Below, one piece after another: positions 61,990 to 64,000 of a stretch of 64,000 nt of DNA. The stretch spans positions 186,001 to 250,000 of the forward strand of contig JAYWIR010000088.1 of the NCBI GenBank assembly GCA_036172245.1, given 5' to 3'. Position 1 is the stretch's first letter, and every line of letters begins with the position of its first letter. The position numbers were made by a program, and so were the translations under genes. Below the pieces are notes generated by a model. It was not told the origin of the DNA and did no database searches. It saw only the letters and a list, made by a program, of their open reading frames with translations. The DNA comes from Raillietiella orientalis. Its lineage: Eukaryota.

Positions 61990-64000
61990 CGCTCGTACAG
62001 TGCAGACGTGTTTCCGCGTCTATCCGCGCCAACGATCGGGCAACTTTGTGCCTGCGGTTTTGCTCGCACTTGTGTGTTCCTGTGCAATCTGCCAAGTAGC
62101 ATAGTGCAACATGGCCAGTACACAGGATAGTGTGAAGGAGCAAGCCACTGGATGCACTTCAGCTGCACTTGAAGTGGCCGCATCCTCCGTAATGGTTTCC
62201 TCGCCCCCGGTGCGGAGTTACGCCGCCGTTACCTCCCAAAGACCAGGACCCTGCGATGCGGAGTTCCAGGCATATGTGTCATCAGGATACATGCCTGCAC
62301 TCCGTTATAAGGTCAGTGGGCCACTTAACGAGAGAATCGGTCGTGAGCTCAATGATGAGCTCGTCCGGATAGGCGTTCGCGAGGAGGAACTCCTTGCCAT
62401 AATGCCTGCTGGCAGGATGGAATATACAAAGATTCGGTGCAAGAACGCAGCACTTGTGCAGCGCCTTCTCCGTACGCCGTTGACCATCAATGGCAAGGAA
62501 GTCCTACCTACCGCGATGGACGACTCTTCTGTCGTTCAATTGTGCGAAATCGAACCGGAAATCTCCGACCGCGATGTCGTAACTGTGCTGGCGAAGTTCG
62601 CCACCGTGCACGCTCTGTGGAGAAGGCCAAATCCTATAAAGGATTTCCCCTCTGTCCACATTGGACAAGCCTCCGCGCGGATCGCCGTCGCGAACAGGCG
62701 TGTTGTGCCTGAGCAGCTGCAGGTGAACGGCACGGTCGTTCACCTGTGGTTCATAGGCCAGACTCGCACGTGCGAGCGGTGCGGCAAGGATGGGCACCGA
62801 ATTAAAGAGTGCCCCTCTCCAAGATGCCGCTATTGCAGAGATTCCGGGCACGAAATCAAAAAGTGCCCGGTACTTGCAAGAAAAAGAGCCGCAGCGGAAA
62901 TTCGTCGGGTTCAAGAGACCACTGCACGAAGAGCCGCAGCGGCAAATAAAAAACGTCCGCAAAAACTCACAAAAAACCACGAGCGATCCGTGGATGGAAA
63001 GAAACCATCCCCGCCCGCAACGCCCCGAAAGGGGGAAGACACGGCGGGGAAGCCAATTAAAAAGCGGCGCGAGGGTTTAACGCGTGCCGTGCCCTCCTTC
63101 CCTGCCGAACTCGCAGGCACCTTTTCGAGCCAGGAACAAGGAAATCTCCGTAACACCCTGGAGGGAAAGGTAGGAAAACAGGAAGATCGCAACAATGCGA
63201 AGACTTCTTGCCCCGTTCCGTTGTGCCTGGTTGCAGGAAACAGTTCGAACGTGGGGACAGTTCGGCATGCAACGCTCTTAACAGGAACGAAGGTTCCTGT
63301 CTGGGGGTTACAGAAGTTGCACGCTCCGCGAGATCCTGGAGGATCCAAAGAAGAGAGCGTGGGCAGGAAGAACCCCCCTCGCTGCTGCGCTGCCCTCCCT
63401 GAAGGAAGATCTGGACAGCGATGTTGCGGCGAAGTGGGAGGTTTCAGTTACAATCTCCGGAAAGGAGAAGATAGGAGAGTGGAAGACGGGGCAGCTAACT
63501 GATGCTGGGTCCCCGAGTACGCCTCCCAATGGACTTCTGCGCTGGGGCGCGCTGCTCGATGTTCCCATTGAACATCTGAAGTGGCCTCCGGTGCTCATGA
63601 ACACTTCCGCCCTCCCCTTAAAATGGCAGGAGTCGGCTCTCCTGTTGCAGCACTGGGGACTCCCCTGCAACGCCCGCCGACACCACTGGACCTGGAGAGC
63701 GGTGGACTCCAATTGCGTCAGGTGTGGGGAACGTGAGTCCCTCCCCCACCTGCTAGTGGATTGTGTTGCCCTTCGGCCCCTTTGGTTTCGCCTTGCCGCG
63801 GCCATCGGAATCCCCTGCGGCAACCCCAGGGACGCACTGAAAGCCCTCTTGGTTGCCGACGCCCTTCGGCCAGCGGCCTCGTTAGCAGTTTTGTGCTGCC
63901 TACCCGGGATCGTCACCGCTTGGAGCAAGGCTACGGGAGGAAAACGCGACCAGGGTGCCATCCAGTCAGCCTCCCAGTTCCTGAGGAGCGCGTCCCGATG
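61990..64000 (+). mobile_element. Internally deleted copy: ORF1 (from 62111) joined to ORF2 C-terminal region (~63210 to window end)
   Basis: AGACGTG at 62004-62010; RSYAAV..CERCGKDGHRIKECPSPRCRYCRDSGHEIKKC; downstream GLLRWGALL..LQHWG..CVRCGERESLPHLLVDC; no APE or RT between. Confidence 0.9.

Noticed and set aside
62111..63502. 463-aa ORF as a novel intact protein
   Set aside because: It is ORF1 reading through a deletion junction into an off-frame of ORF2 C-terminal DNA.
1..64000. CRISPR array, tRNA, rRNA or prokaryotic operon
   Set aside because: No regularly spaced repeats, cloverleafs or rRNA tracts seen; spliceosomal introns indicate a eukaryote.

Overview
Eukaryotic (invertebrate-like, possibly nematode; inferred from RPL7 and short introns) genomic window. 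Host genes: an intact 60S ribosomal protein L7 gene (2015-3481, six coding exons) whose introns carry H/ACA snoRNA-like sequences, and a GC-rich multi-exon pepsin-family (A1) gene (~12.6-16.3 kb) that has lost both catalytic DTG motifs. Most of the rest is a dense cluster of L1/Tx1-like non-LTR retrotransposon copies, nearly all on the minus strand from ~27 to 61 kb and flipping to plus at ~61.1 kb. The copies share a 3' terminus (AATAAA, then a CCCGG..CCGGG hairpin, then a short A run) and a 5' GGACGTG motif. They are stacked head-to-tail, nested, or internally deleted. Captured in the cluster are three divergent CRESS-DNA virus Rep remnants (one convergent with a capsid-like ORF, i.e. a near-complete ambisense viral genome), a cytochrome b NUMT, and perfect 17-21 bp hairpins. 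All calls are by eye and unverified by search; boundaries of decayed elements are approximate.
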